Numbered from the stretch's first letter, positions 1 to 9,304 are shown. The stretch is DNA of 64,000 nt from Actinomycetes bacterium (GCA_021791895.1 JAJYVS010000005.1:16002-80001); one strand, 5' to 3'. Notes: generated by a model not told the origin, from the letters alone. Made by a program: numbers and translations.

Positions 1-1002
1 GCCGAGGGCCGCCGAGGCCGCGGGGATGTAGGAGATCTGCGAGGGCGGGTTGGGGCTGGGGCGCATCGGCACCCCGTCGCGCTCACACTTGGCCTGACGC
101 CGGACGAGCTGGGGAGCCGAGACGTGGGCCGCGCCGGCCACCTCCCAGAACCGGAAGCGTTCGGTGTCGGGCTGGCGGGAGGAGAAGTACGCGAGGGTCT
201 CGGTCTCCGAGTTGACCAGCATGATCGGGGCGTCGAGGTCGTCGCGCAACCTGGTCCGGGTGCGGAAGACCGGCGCCGGACGGGCCGCGTTGGCGTCGAA
301 CACAGCGTCGTCGTCGATCGCGGCCCCGTTGCCGAAGTGGATGAGGACGAGGAACCCGTCGAAGGCCCCGATTGCGGGCTGGACGGCGTTGATGTAGGTG
401 GCCAGCCGGGCGGCGGACTGCGAGGCCCCGAGGGCCACCACCCGCTCCACCGCCAGGCCGCCGAGCGGGTCGACGCCGTCCGAACGCTGCGGGCCGACCG
501 CCCGGGCCGCGGCGGTGAAGATGCCGTAGGAATAGCGGTCGCCGGGATGGTGCAGCGACCCGTAGCGCTCGGGGTCCCAGTGCAACAGGCCGTGGGGCTC
601 GGCCCCGACCCCCTCGACCCCGACCGCCTGCACCGAGGCGCAGACGTAGGCGTAGCCCTCCTCGAGCAGGATCGGCAGGTCGGCCAGCAGCTCGTAGCCG
701 GCGGTGACGTTGTTCCACCCGACCACCACCGTCCCGTTGAACCGGGAGGCTTCGCGCGGCCGTTGCACCAGGAGCCGGGTCACGAAGGGCGCGGTCCCGG
801 CCGGCTCGGCGTCCCAGATCCCGCGCTCGTCGAACGGGGCGGCCGGGACGTAGGTGGTCGCCTCACCGGCCAGGAAGTACTCTTCCTCGACGTAGCCCAC
901 GGCGCCCAGGTCGTCCAGCGACGCCGCGAAGGGCCAGCCGTGCCGTCCCCCGGTGACCGGACCGGACACCGAGAGCTTGGTCGTCTCCGCCTCGCTCGTC
1001 AT
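1..1002 (-). CDS. conserved hypothetical protein, alpha/beta-hydrolase-like (3' end runs off the window)
   Basis: Absent from the ORF track because there is no stop in the window. My reverse-strand translation from the ATG at 1002-1000 reads MTSEAETTKLSVSGPVTGGRHGWPFAASLDDLGAVGYVEEEYFLAGE...LGASQSAARLATYINAV... The frame is open to base 1 and has strong G/C third-position bias. GASQSA resembles a nucleophile elbow. ATGA start/stop overlap with the upstream hydratase. Confidence 0.6.
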   Translation of the reverse strand, partial: MTSEAETTKLSVSGPVTGGRHGWPFAASLDDLGAVGYVEEEYFLAGEATTYVPAAPFDERGIWDAEPAGTAPFVTRLLVQRPREASRFNGTVVVGWNNVTAGYELLADLPILLEEGYAYVCASVQAVGVEGVGAEPHGLLHWDPERYGSLHHPGDRYSYGIFTAAARAVGPQRSDGVDPLGGLAVERVVALGASQSAARLATYINAVQPAIGAFDGFLVLIHFGNGAAIDDDAVFDANAARPAPVFRTRTRLRDDLDAPIMLVNSETETLAYFSSRQPDTERFRFWEVAGAAHVSAPQLVRRQAKCERDGVPMRPSPNPPSQISYIPAASAALG

Positions 1003-1799
1003 GTGCCGGTGAACCGGGCCGGACGCCGTTCCCGGAAGCTGGCGATGGACTCGGCCTGGTCGTTGGGCGCCCGGCGGGCGTAGCCCAGGCCGGCCGTCTC
1101 GTAGAGGAGGGCCTCGTGCAGGGCCACGTCCACGTTGTGCTGCAGGACGCGCTTGGCCGAGCGGATGGCGATCGGGGGCAACGCGACGATCGAGCCGGCA
1201 AGCTCCATGGCGGCGTCCAGCGCTCCCTCGCCCTCGGCCAGCCGGTCGAGCAACCCCATTCGGTACGCCTCCTCGGCGCCCACGTCGCGGCTGGTGAAGA
1301 CGAGGTCGGCCGCCCGCGCGTACCCCACGATCCGGGTGAGGAAGTAGCTCATCCCCGAGTCCGGGCTGAGCGACCGCTCGGCGAAGACCGTGCGGAAGCG
1401 GCTCCTCGGGTCGCCGGTCCTCAGGTCGCAGGCGAGGGCGAGGCTCATGCCGGCGCCGGCGGCGACGCCGTTCACCGCGGCGAGAGTGGGCTTGGCGATC
1501 CCGTAGACCGCGCTGGCCTGGCGTCCCACCCACCCAAGCTCGTCGAGCCGGTCGGTGTGGGTCTGCTCGGAGAGCCCGACACGCTGGCGCCCGCCACCGC
1601 GCAAATCGACCCCCGAGCAGAATCCCGCGCCGGCCCCGGTGATCACGAGCGCCCAGATCCCGTCGTCTTCGTTCACCTCGGCGCAGAGCGCGAGCAGGTC
1701 GGCCGAGAGCTCGCCGCTCAGGGCGTTGAGCTTGTCGGGACGGTTGAGCGTCGCGACACCGACGTGGCCGTCGCGCTCCAGGCGGAGGATCTCACTCAC
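999..1799 (-). CDS. enoyl-CoA hydratase/isomerase (crotonase family)
   Basis: MSEILRLERDGHVGVATLNRPDKLNALS...ITGAGAGFCSGVDL is a typical crotonase N-terminus with oxyanion-hole region. Confidence 0.9.
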   Translation of the reverse strand: MSEILRLERDGHVGVATLNRPDKLNALSGELSADLLALCAEVNEDDGIWALVITGAGAGFCSGVDLRGGGRQRVGLSEQTHTDRLDELGWVGRQASAVYGIAKPTLAAVNGVAAGAGMSLALACDLRTGDPRSRFRTVFAERSLSPDSGMSYFLTRIVGYARAADLVFTSRDVGAEEAYRMGLLDRLAEGEGALDAAMELAGSIVALPPIAIRSAKRVLQHNVDVALHEALLYETAGLGYARRAPNDQAESIASFRERRPARFTGT

Positions 1800-1814
1800 C
1801 GCGGGACCCCGAGG

Positions 1815-3014
1815 TCAGTTCATCCGCTCGATGATCATGGCCATCGCCATGCCCCCGGCCGCGCACATGGTCTCGAGCCCGACCGACTTGTCGAGGGTCT
1901 CGAGGTCGTTGATGAGCGTGGTCATGATCCGCGCCCCGGTCATGCCGAAGGGGTGGCCGAGCGCGATGGCCCCGCCGTGCGGGTTGAGCTGGGTCTCGAT
2001 GTCGATGCCGGTCTCGCGGCACACCGGGAGCACCTGGGCGGCGAACGCCTCGTTGAGCTCGACGACGTCGACGTCGGAGAGCTTCATGTTGGCCATCTCG
2101 AGGACCTTGGGGACGGCGTCGATCGGGGCGACCCCCATGATCTCGGGGTTGTTCCCACTGATCGCCGAGGCCACGATCCGGGCCAGAGGCTTGATGCCGA
2201 GACGGTTGGCCATGGTCGCGCTCATGACCATCACCGCCGCCGCCCCGTCGTTGAGCGGGCAGGCGTTCCCGGCGGTAACGGTGCCGCCCTCTTTGAAGGC
2301 CGGCTGGAGCTCGGCCAGCCGCTCGAGGGTGGTCCCGGGTCGCGGGCCGTCGTCCTTGCTCACCACGGTGCCGTCCTCCTTGGTCACCGGGGTGATCTCC
2401 CGCTCGAAGACGCCGTTCTCCTGGGCGGCGACCGCCCGGTCCTGACTGAGCTTGGCGAAGGCGTCCTGTTCCTCACGCGAGACGTTGAACTTCTCGGCGA
2501 CGTTCTCCGCCGTCATGCCCATCGGGATGTAGACGTTGGGGAACCCGGAGTCCCGCCCGAGCAGCTTGGGGTTGAGCCCGCCCGGGCCGATGCCCCGGGC
2601 GCGCGGGGCGGCGGGGGCCTCACCCTCGGGCGCCGGCGGACGGGAGCTCTTCTCCACGCCGCAGGCGATGAAGACCTCGCCCTCGCCGGCTTTGATGGCG
2701 TGGGCGGCGGTGCGGACCGACTGCAGGCTCGAGGAGCAGAACCGGTTGAGGGTCAGTCCCGGCACGGTGAGGGGGAACCCGGCCAGGATCCCCGCGGTGC
2801 GGGCGATGCTGAACCCGGTCTCGCCCTGCTGGGCCACGTTGCCGCAGATGATGTCGACGATGTCCTCCCGGTCGACCTCGGGGACCTTGTCCATGAGGGC
2901 GTTCAGGATGGTCGCCATGAGCTCGTCGGCCCGGTAGTCGACCAGCGACCCCTTGTTGGCCCGACCGATGGCGCTGCGGGTGGCTGCAACAATTACGGCT
3001 TCTTCGTCCGGCAC
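1815..3014 (-). CDS. acetyl-CoA C-acyltransferase (thiolase)
   Basis: RSAIGRANKGSL...NRFCSSSLQ (active-site Cys)...GNACPLNDGAAA...NPHGGAIALGHPFGMTGAR...CAAGGMAMA. GTG start with GAGGAG 7 nt upstream. Confidence 0.9.
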   Translation of the reverse strand: MPDEEAVIVAATRSAIGRANKGSLVDYRADELMATILNALMDKVPEVDREDIVDIICGNVAQQGETGFSIARTAGILAGFPLTVPGLTLNRFCSSSLQSVRTAAHAIKAGEGEVFIACGVEKSSRPPAPEGEAPAAPRARGIGPGGLNPKLLGRDSGFPNVYIPMGMTAENVAEKFNVSREEQDAFAKLSQDRAVAAQENGVFEREITPVTKEDGTVVSKDDGPRPGTTLERLAELQPAFKEGGTVTAGNACPLNDGAAAVMVMSATMANRLGIKPLARIVASAISGNNPEIMGVAPIDAVPKVLEMANMKLSDVDVVELNEAFAAQVLPVCRETGIDIETQLNPHGGAIALGHPFGMTGARIMTTLINDLETLDKSVGLETMCAAGGMAMAMIIERMN

Positions 3015-3108
3015 TCGGTGCTCCTCGTCTCTTGGTGGATGCTGCGTCTCTGTAGTGGATGCTGCCAGGTTGTCGATGGGTGGTCGGTCTCGATGGATCG
3101 GGGGCGCG

Positions 3109-4329
3109 TCAGCCGACGACCGGCTCCTTGGGGAGCCCGAGGGCGCGCTCGCCGATGATGTTGTGCTGGATCTCGCTCGTGCCCGAGAAGATCGTCCCGG
3201 CCCGGCTGCCGAGGAAGGCCTGCTGCCAGCGGTCGGTGCGGTAGCCGGGACCGTCGGGGCGGATCATCCCCTGGGCGCCGAGCAGGTTGATCGCGATGTT
3301 GCCGAAGCGCTTGTGGTACTCGGACCAGAAGAGCTTGTTCACGCTGGCCTCGGGGCCGGGCTCCCGCTTGGCCGCCAGGGCGGAGAGGAGGCGCAGGCCC
3401 GAGTACCGCATGAGCTCGACCTGGGTGTAGGCCCAGGCCAGGTCCTGGCGGAGCAGCGGGTCGGTGTCGGCCGATTGCTTGCGGGCGGCGTCGACGAGGT
3501 CCCAGAACTCCCGTTCGTAGCGGAGGTGCTGGGTCGTGGCCCGCCCGCCGCGCTCGTTGCCGAGGGTGGTCATCGCGACCCGCCAGCCGTTGTTCAGCCC
3601 GCCGATGACGTTGAAGAGCGGGGCCCGGGCCCCGTCGATGAACTCCTGGCAGAACCCGCTCGCCCCCGACATTTGACGCAGCGGCCGCAGGTCGATCCCG
3701 TTGCTTGATCCGTCGGCGCGCTTCATGGGGACGAGCACGTAGGAGAGGCCCCGGTGCTTGGGAGCGTCGGGGTCGGTCCGGCAGAGGATGAAGATGGTGT
3801 TGGCCCGGTGGGCGCCCGAGGTCCACACCTTCTGGCCGGTGATGACGACCTCGTCGCCGTCGACCTCGCCGCGTGTCTCGACACCGCCGAGGTCCGAGCC
3901 GTGGTCCGGCTCCGAGAACCCCTGGCAGTACTGGTCGGTGCCGTCGATGATGCGCGGGAGGAAGTACGCCCGCTGCTCGTCGGTCCCGTGCACGATGATC
4001 GACGGGCCGACCAGGGACTCGCCCATCCCCCGGACCACGCGGGGCATGCCCGCCGCGTCGAACTCCTCGTTCAGGACCGCCATCTCGACGCCCGAGAGTC
4101 CCCGGCCGCCGACCTCTGCCGGCCACTGGGGGCAGATCAGGTGCTCGGCTGCGAGGGCCGCCTCCCACTCGCGCCATGCCTCGACCCGACTCTCCGACTC
4201 CGGCTCGGCCAGGCCCGCGTAGCCGGCCATCTCGTCTTCACCGGCGAGCTGCTCGATGCGGTGCTCGGACAGAAAGGTCCTGATCTCGTCCCGGAATGCT
4301 CGGAGCTCGGGACCGAGGTCGAGTTCCAT
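3109..4329 (-). CDS. acyl-CoA dehydrogenase
   Basis: 406 aa with ACAD architecture (...FSEPDHGSDLGGVETRG...GTSEIQHNIIGERALGLP). AAAGGGGGGG Shine-Dalgarno (SD) sequence before the ATG. Confidence 0.9.
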   Translation of the reverse strand: MELDLGPELRAFRDEIRTFLSEHRIEQLAGEDEMAGYAGLAEPESESRVEAWREWEAALAAEHLICPQWPAEVGGRGLSGVEMAVLNEEFDAAGMPRVVRGMGESLVGPSIIVHGTDEQRAYFLPRIIDGTDQYCQGFSEPDHGSDLGGVETRGEVDGDEVVITGQKVWTSGAHRANTIFILCRTDPDAPKHRGLSYVLVPMKRADGSSNGIDLRPLRQMSGASGFCQEFIDGARAPLFNVIGGLNNGWRVAMTTLGNERGGRATTQHLRYEREFWDLVDAARKQSADTDPLLRQDLAWAYTQVELMRYSGLRLLSALAAKREPGPEASVNKLFWSEYHKRFGNIAINLLGAQGMIRPDGPGYRTDRWQQAFLGSRAGTIFSGTSEIQHNIIGERALGLPKEPVVG

Positions 4330-4564
4330 GTCCCCCCCTTTCGCGGTGGTGCACTGAAATTAGCCCGCGAACGCGACGCGCACACCTGGGCCAGGCCCTG
4401 GTGAGGGGGGTGGGAACGGTTTCGTCCCGCCGGGGCGACACCCCGGCTGAGCTGGGGTGGAAGGCGGGCCGTCCGTCGTCCCGAGCCGCCTGGGACGCCG
4501 GGCCGGTTCCGCGACCGTCGGTGGCATCCGAGGACGCGCCACCCTCGTGCCAGGATCGGATGGC

Positions 4565-5321
4565 GTGGGTGACACGAGACGGCGCCCGAAAGACCCCGGC
4601 CATCGGGCACTTCTGCACGACTTGGAGGCCCTGGCGGGTCACGGACCGGTCGTGCCCGAGGGCCCCGACTCCTCGAGCTCCCACGCCACCAGCGGCCGCC
4701 CCTACTACCAGACCTCGGTTCCCGACCGGCGTCGCCTGGCCCGCCGGTGGCTCGCCACCCGCGAGGGGTCCCCGCCCGAAGCGCTCTTCGAGACGGTGCA
4801 GAGCCTCCTCGACGCCCCGTCCTACGAGGAGAAGACGCTCGGCTGCATGCTCTCGCAGGAGCGCCGGGAGGTGCGGGTCCGGGCCTCGCCGGGGCAAGTG
4901 GTGGCGTGGTTGGACGACCTGCGCCGGGTGGGCGGAGGTCGACTCGCTCTGCCAGAGCGTCTTCTCGTCCGACGATCTGCTCGGTCGTTGGGCCGCGTGG
5001 CGCCGCGCGATCTCGGGCCTGAGCTGGAGCCCGAACCCGAACAAGCGCCGGGCGTCGTTGGTGCTCCTGACCGGCCCGGTGCGCCAGTTGAGCGACGACC
5101 GACTGCTCGAGCTCGCCATCGCGGTCATCGACCGGGCCTCAGGCGAGCGGGATCCCCTCGTCACCAAGGCCGTCTCGTGGCTCCTGCGGGCTCTCACCAC
5201 GCACCACGCCGAGACGGTGGCGGGGTATCTCGACCGCCGCGCCGCGGACCTAACCCCGCTGGCGTTGCGCGAGACCCGCTCCAAGTTGGCGACGGGGACG
5301 AAGCGCGGCCGCGAACGGTGA
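4565..5321 (+). pseudogene. DNA alkylation repair protein (AlkD-like HEAT repeat), disrupted by a 1-nt frame change near 4918-4935
   Basis: The N-terminal half reads in the frame of ORF 4457..5560 (...GRPYYQTSVPDRRRLARRWL...SYEEKTLGCMLS...VVAWLDDL). The C-terminal half reads in the frame of ORF 4296..5321 (GWAEVDSLCQSVFSSDDLL...NPNKRRASLVLL...DPLVTKAVSWLLRAL...). Together they give about 250 aa of the AlkD-like pattern. The start at GTG 4565 is tentative. Confidence 0.6.
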
Positions 5322-5378
5322 CGACCCGGCACGCCGGGGTCGACCCCGCCGCTCAGAGCTGGTTCGTGCCCGCCCGGC

Positions 5379-5801
5379 TCAGGGGTCGAGCCGGGCCGAG
5401 GCGGTCCCCGACAGGACCCGGTCCCCGGCCTCGTTCACGGTCACGACCGAGAACTTGGCAACCTTGCCCTCCTCGGTGTCCTCGATCGCCTCGACCGTGG
5501 CCGTCGCCGTCAGGGTGTCCCCCGGCCAAACCTGCTTCTCGAAGCGGGCGCCGTAGGTGAGGAGTCGGCCGTCGCCGGCCCAGTCGGTGAGGAGGCGCCC
5601 GGTCAGGCCCATCGTCAACATCCCGTGGGCGAAGACGGTGGGGTAGCCGGCGCTCTGGGTCACGTAGACCTCGTCGGAGTGCAGGGGGTTGTAGTCGCCC
5701 GAGGCCCCCGCGTACTGGACGATCTGGGTGCGCGACAGGTTGGTGGCGACCACCTCGCTGCGAGCGTCGCCGACCTTGAGCGTGGATGCGGAAAGTGCCA
5801 T
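5379..5801 (-). CDS. MaoC-like (R)-specific enoyl-CoA hydratase, hot-dog fold
   Basis: The real start is the internal ATG at 5801 (MALSASTLKVGD...). YAGASGDYNPLHSDEVYV...FAHGMLTMG is the MaoC signature. Confidence 0.85.
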   Translation of the reverse strand: MALSASTLKVGDARSEVVATNLSRTQIVQYAGASGDYNPLHSDEVYVTQSAGYPTVFAHGMLTMGLTGRLLTDWAGDGRLLTYGARFEKQVWPGDTLTATATVEAIEDTEEGKVAKFSVVTVNEAGDRVLSGTASARLDP

Positions 5802-5809
5802 GGCTGCTC

Positions 5810-6340
5810 CTAGCTCCTCTGGGCCGGACCGCTCGTCCGGACCCCGACGCCCCGGGTGGTGATCACGAGGTTCCCCTCCGCGTCGTGCCACTCGGTGATG
5901 CTCTCGCTGAACACGAGATGCCCGGAGCGACCTTCGCGCTCCCAGGTTTTCCCCTCCTTGTTGGTCGGGGTGAGCACGTCGCCGGGCCGCAGCGGCCGGT
6001 GGTACTCGAAGTGCTGCTCGGCGTGGAGGCCGACACCACCGCCCCCGCCGCCGCCTCGCCGGCCCCCGCCGGCACCCTCGGCCGCTGGCTCGGGCGGGGC
6101 GGCGCCGGAGCCCGACGGGCCCTTGCCCGAGCCGAACCAGAGCTGTCCGATCTTCGGTCGTAGGAAGTAGTCGGGGTTGAACTGCGCGCTGGCCTGGATG
6201 AAGGTCGGCGGGGCGATGACGCCACCCACCTCGGTCGAGGCGGCCGCCTTCTCGTCGTAGTACACCGGGTTGGGATCGCCGACCGCCCGGGCGAACATCA
6301 TGATGTGCCCGGCCTCGACCGGGAAGCTCCACTCGGCCAT
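5810..6340 (-). CDS. MaoC N-terminal-like dehydratase subunit (hot-dog fold), partner of 5379..5801
   Basis: Internal ATG at 6340 preceded by GGAGGTGGGAG. MAEWSFPVEAGHIMMFARAVGDPNPVYYDE... Only 8 nt separate it from the downstream MaoC gene. Confidence 0.8.
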   Translation of the reverse strand: MAEWSFPVEAGHIMMFARAVGDPNPVYYDEKAAASTEVGGVIAPPTFIQASAQFNPDYFLRPKIGQLWFGSGKGPSGSGAAPPEPAAEGAGGGRRGGGGGGGVGLHAEQHFEYHRPLRPGDVLTPTNKEGKTWEREGRSGHLVFSESITEWHDAEGNLVITTRGVGVRTSGPAQRS

Positions 6341-6475
6341 CTCCCACCTCCTCGCGCGCCGGGCCTCGGACAAGGGACCGGCGTCGGCGGCCAGGCTAGC
6401 CCGCGGCCGCCAAACGTAGAATTGGCGCGAGCCGCGCCGCCGAAGCGCTCGGCGCCTCGTCGGAGGGGAGGGCAC

Positions 6476-7633
6476 GTGAACAGTGCCGAGTTCGCCCAGA
6501 TCGTGTCGGTGACCCGAGAGTTCGTCCGGGACCGGGTGGTCCCGGCCGAGAACGAGATCGAGGAGCACGATGCCGTCCCCGACGACATCAGGCAGCGCGC
6601 GAAGGACATGGGGCTCTACGGGTTCGCCATCCCCGAGGCATACGGGGGCCTGGGCCTCAACCTGGAGGAGGAGGTCCAGCTGGTCTTCGAGCTCGGCTAC
6701 ACGACCCCGGCCCTGCGCTCGATGTTCGGGACCAACAACGGCATCGCCGGCCACGTGCTCTTGGAGGGAGGGAGCGAGGCCCAGAAGAAGGAGTGGCTCC
6801 CCAAGCTGGCGAGCGGCGAGGTGACCGCCTCCTTCGCCCTGACCGAGACCGAGGCCGGTTCGGACCCCTCCACCCTCACCACGAGCGCGGTGGCCGACGG
6901 TGACACCTGGGTGTTGAACGGCTCCAAGCGCTACATCACCAACGCGCCGATCGCCGACGTCTTCATGGTCTTCGCCCGGACCAACCCCGGGGCAAAGGCG
7001 ACCCGGGGCATCTCCACGTTCCTCGTGCCCCGCGACGCCCCCGGGCTCACCGTCGGGCCGAAGGACGCGAAGATGGGCCAGTCCGGGGCCTGGACCTCGG
7101 AGGTCTACTTCGACGGCGTCCGGGTCGACGCTCCGGCGGTCGTCGGGGAGCAAGAGGGGATCGACCAGGGCTACGCCACCGCGATGCGCTGTCTTGCCCA
7201 CGGGCGGGCCCACATGGCCGCCTGCTGCGTGGGGCTGGCCGGCCGGTTGGTGGACGAGTCAGTGAACTACGCCCGGGAGCGCCGTCAGTCGGGACGGCCC
7301 ATCGCCAGCTTCCAGTTGATCCAGGGCATGATCGCCGACTCGGTCACCGACTACATGGCCGGCCGGAGCCTCACCCTGGAGGTCGCCCGGGCCTACGACG
7401 CCGGGACCGACCGCAAGCTCGGTCCGTCGACGGCCAAGTACTTCTGCTCCGAGATGGTCGGCCGGGTGGCCGACCGGGCGGTGCAGATCCACGGCGGTGC
7501 CGGGTACATGCGCGGCGTGGCGGTCGAGCGCTTTTACCGGGACGCCCGGCTGTTCCGCATCTTCGAGGGGACCAGCCAGATCCAGCAGGTGATCATCGCC
7601 CGGGCCGCCCTCGGGTCGGCGGCGGACGGCTGA
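6476..7633 (+). CDS. acyl-CoA dehydrogenase
   Basis: GTG at 6476 follows GGAGGGGAGGG. VNSAEFAQIVSVTREFVRDRVVPAENEIEEHD...ALTETEAGSDPS...FEGTSQIQQVIIARAAL. Confidence 0.9.
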   Translation: MNSAEFAQIVSVTREFVRDRVVPAENEIEEHDAVPDDIRQRAKDMGLYGFAIPEAYGGLGLNLEEEVQLVFELGYTTPALRSMFGTNNGIAGHVLLEGGSEAQKKEWLPKLASGEVTASFALTETEAGSDPSTLTTSAVADGDTWVLNGSKRYITNAPIADVFMVFARTNPGAKATRGISTFLVPRDAPGLTVGPKDAKMGQSGAWTSEVYFDGVRVDAPAVVGEQEGIDQGYATAMRCLAHGRAHMAACCVGLAGRLVDESVNYARERRQSGRPIASFQLIQGMIADSVTDYMAGRSLTLEVARAYDAGTDRKLGPSTAKYFCSEMVGRVADRAVQIHGGAGYMRGVAVERFYRDARLFRIFEGTSQIQQVIIARAALGSAADG

Positions 7634-7651
7634 CCCGAGGGCGCCCGGGGA

Positions 7652-8863
7652 CTACCCGGTCGCCTCGAAGACCGCGGCGATCCCCTGGCCGCCCCCGATG
7701 CACATGGTCTCGAGACCGAGACCGGACCCGCGGCGCTGCATCTCCCGCACCAAGGTGGCCAGGATGCGCCCGCCGGTGGCGCCGATGGGGTGGCCGAGCG
7801 AGATGCCCGAGCCGTTCACGTTTAGCCGCTCGAAGTCGGCCTCGGTGAACCCCCACTCGCGCGTCACCGCCAGGACCTGGGCGGCGAAGGCCTCGTTCAG
7901 CTCGATCAGGTCGATGTCGGCCATGGTGAGGCCGGCCCGGCCCAGGGCCGTCGCGACCGCCGGCACCGGGCCGATGCCCATGGTCGCCGGCGCGACGCCG
8001 GCCACGGCCCACGACCTGAGCTTGACCAGGGGCCGGAGGCCCAGGTCGCGGGCCCGTTCGTCGGTGGTGACGACGCAGACCGCCGCCCCGTCGTTCTGCC
8101 CGCTCGCGTTCCCGGCGGTGACCGTCGCCTCTTCGTCCTCGCCCAGCCGGACCGGGCGGAGCCGGCCGAGCGACTCGAGGGAGGTGTCGGCGCGCGGGTG
8201 CTCGTCGGTGTCGACGACCGTGTCGCCGCCCCGGCCCCTCACCACCACGGCGACGAGTTCGTCTTTGAACCGGCCCTCCTGTTGTGCCGCCACGGCCCGC
8301 TGGTGGGAGAGGAGCGACAGCTGGTCCTGCTCGTCCCGGCCGATCCGATACTCGCGCCGGAGGTTCTCGGCGGTCTCGATCATCCCCCCGGGCACCGGGT
8401 AGTGCTTGCCGCCGGCCGTCACGCGGCCCCGCGAGAGGCGGTCGAAGAACGCCACGTTCTCCGTCCGGGCCCCCCAGCGCATCGACGTCGTGTAGTACTC
8501 GGTCTGGCTCATCGACTCGGCCCCGCCGGCCAGCACTACCTCGGCCACCTCGGTCTGGACCTGCATGGCGGCGTAGAGGACCGCCTGGAGGCCCGAACCG
8601 CACCGGCGGTCGAGCTGGAGACCGGGGACGCTCACCGGCAGCCCGGCGTCGAGCGCCACCGTGCGACCGAGGGCGACCGCCTCGCCGTTCGGGTAGCCCT
8701 GGCCCAGCACGACGTCGTCCACCGCCTCGGGGGGGATCCCGGTGCGGGCCAGCAGCTCGGTCACCACCGTGGTGGCCAGGTCCTGGACCGGGACGTCCCG
8801 CAGCACTCCGCCGAACCGCCCGACCGGCGTCCGCAGCGGCTCGCAGATCACCGCCTCTCGCAT
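7652..8863 (-). CDS. acetyl-CoA acetyltransferase (thiolase)
   Basis: MREAVICEPLRTPVGRFGG...DRRCGSGLQA...NVNGSGISLGHPIGATGGR...CIGGGQGIAAVFE. Confidence 0.9.
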   Translation of the reverse strand: MREAVICEPLRTPVGRFGGVLRDVPVQDLATTVVTELLARTGIPPEAVDDVVLGQGYPNGEAVALGRTVALDAGLPVSVPGLQLDRRCGSGLQAVLYAAMQVQTEVAEVVLAGGAESMSQTEYYTTSMRWGARTENVAFFDRLSRGRVTAGGKHYPVPGGMIETAENLRREYRIGRDEQDQLSLLSHQRAVAAQQEGRFKDELVAVVVRGRGGDTVVDTDEHPRADTSLESLGRLRPVRLGEDEEATVTAGNASGQNDGAAVCVVTTDERARDLGLRPLVKLRSWAVAGVAPATMGIGPVPAVATALGRAGLTMADIDLIELNEAFAAQVLAVTREWGFTEADFERLNVNGSGISLGHPIGATGGRILATLVREMQRRGSGLGLETMCIGGGQGIAAVFEATG

Positions 8864-8897
8864 GGTTCCTCCTTCGTCGGGGCGGCCGGGCCGCCGA

Positions 8898-9170
8898 TCA
8901 GATGTGCCGTCCGCCGGTGACCTCGAGCACCGCGCCGGTCATGTAGGCGGAGAGGTCCGGGGCCAGGAACACGGCCACCCCGGCGACGTCCTCGGGTTCA
9001 CCCGCCCGGCCCATGGGGATCTCGGCCATCGCCGCCGACTCGACCCGGGCCGCGTCCACGTCGCCGATCACGACGCTCGCCCCCTCCTCGACGCACGCCC
9101 GGGCGATGGCGAGGCCGATGCCCTGCGCGGCGCCGGTGACCACCGCCGACCTGCCCTCGAGCAATCCCAC
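8898..9170 (-). pseudogene. internally deleted short-chain dehydrogenase remnant (90-aa mini-ORF)
   Basis: GTG at 9170 preceded by GGAGGAG. The Rossmann N-terminus [34 protein letters not shown] joins directly to the SDR C-terminus [37 protein letters not shown]. The central roughly 150 aa, which would hold the Ser-Tyr-Lys catalytic residues, is missing. Confidence 0.55.
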
Positions 9171-9304
9171 CTGGCTCCTCCGTCGAGTCCGTCCCAGCAA
9201 TCCGACGACGGCAGGCGCCGTGCCGCCGGCCGGACCGAGCGTAGCGGGGGGCGCTGTGCCAGAGTCGGGCCCGAGCATCGAGGACCAACGCGCAAGAGCA
9301 GGGG

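Noticed and set aside
6417-6422. TAGAAT -10-like hexamer in the divergent MaoC/acyl-CoA dehydrogenase spacer
   Set aside because: It is a good -10 match, but there is no credible -35 or extended -10 at the right spacing, and no TSS evidence. It is too weak to report as a feature.
5810-7213. 467-aa minus-strand ORF, and the 322-aa ORF 5379..6347, taken at full length
   Set aside because: Only the C-terminal 176 aa and 140 aa respectively are protein-like (MaoC domains with SD-preceded internal ATGs). The upstream parts run antisense through the acyl-CoA dehydrogenase gene.
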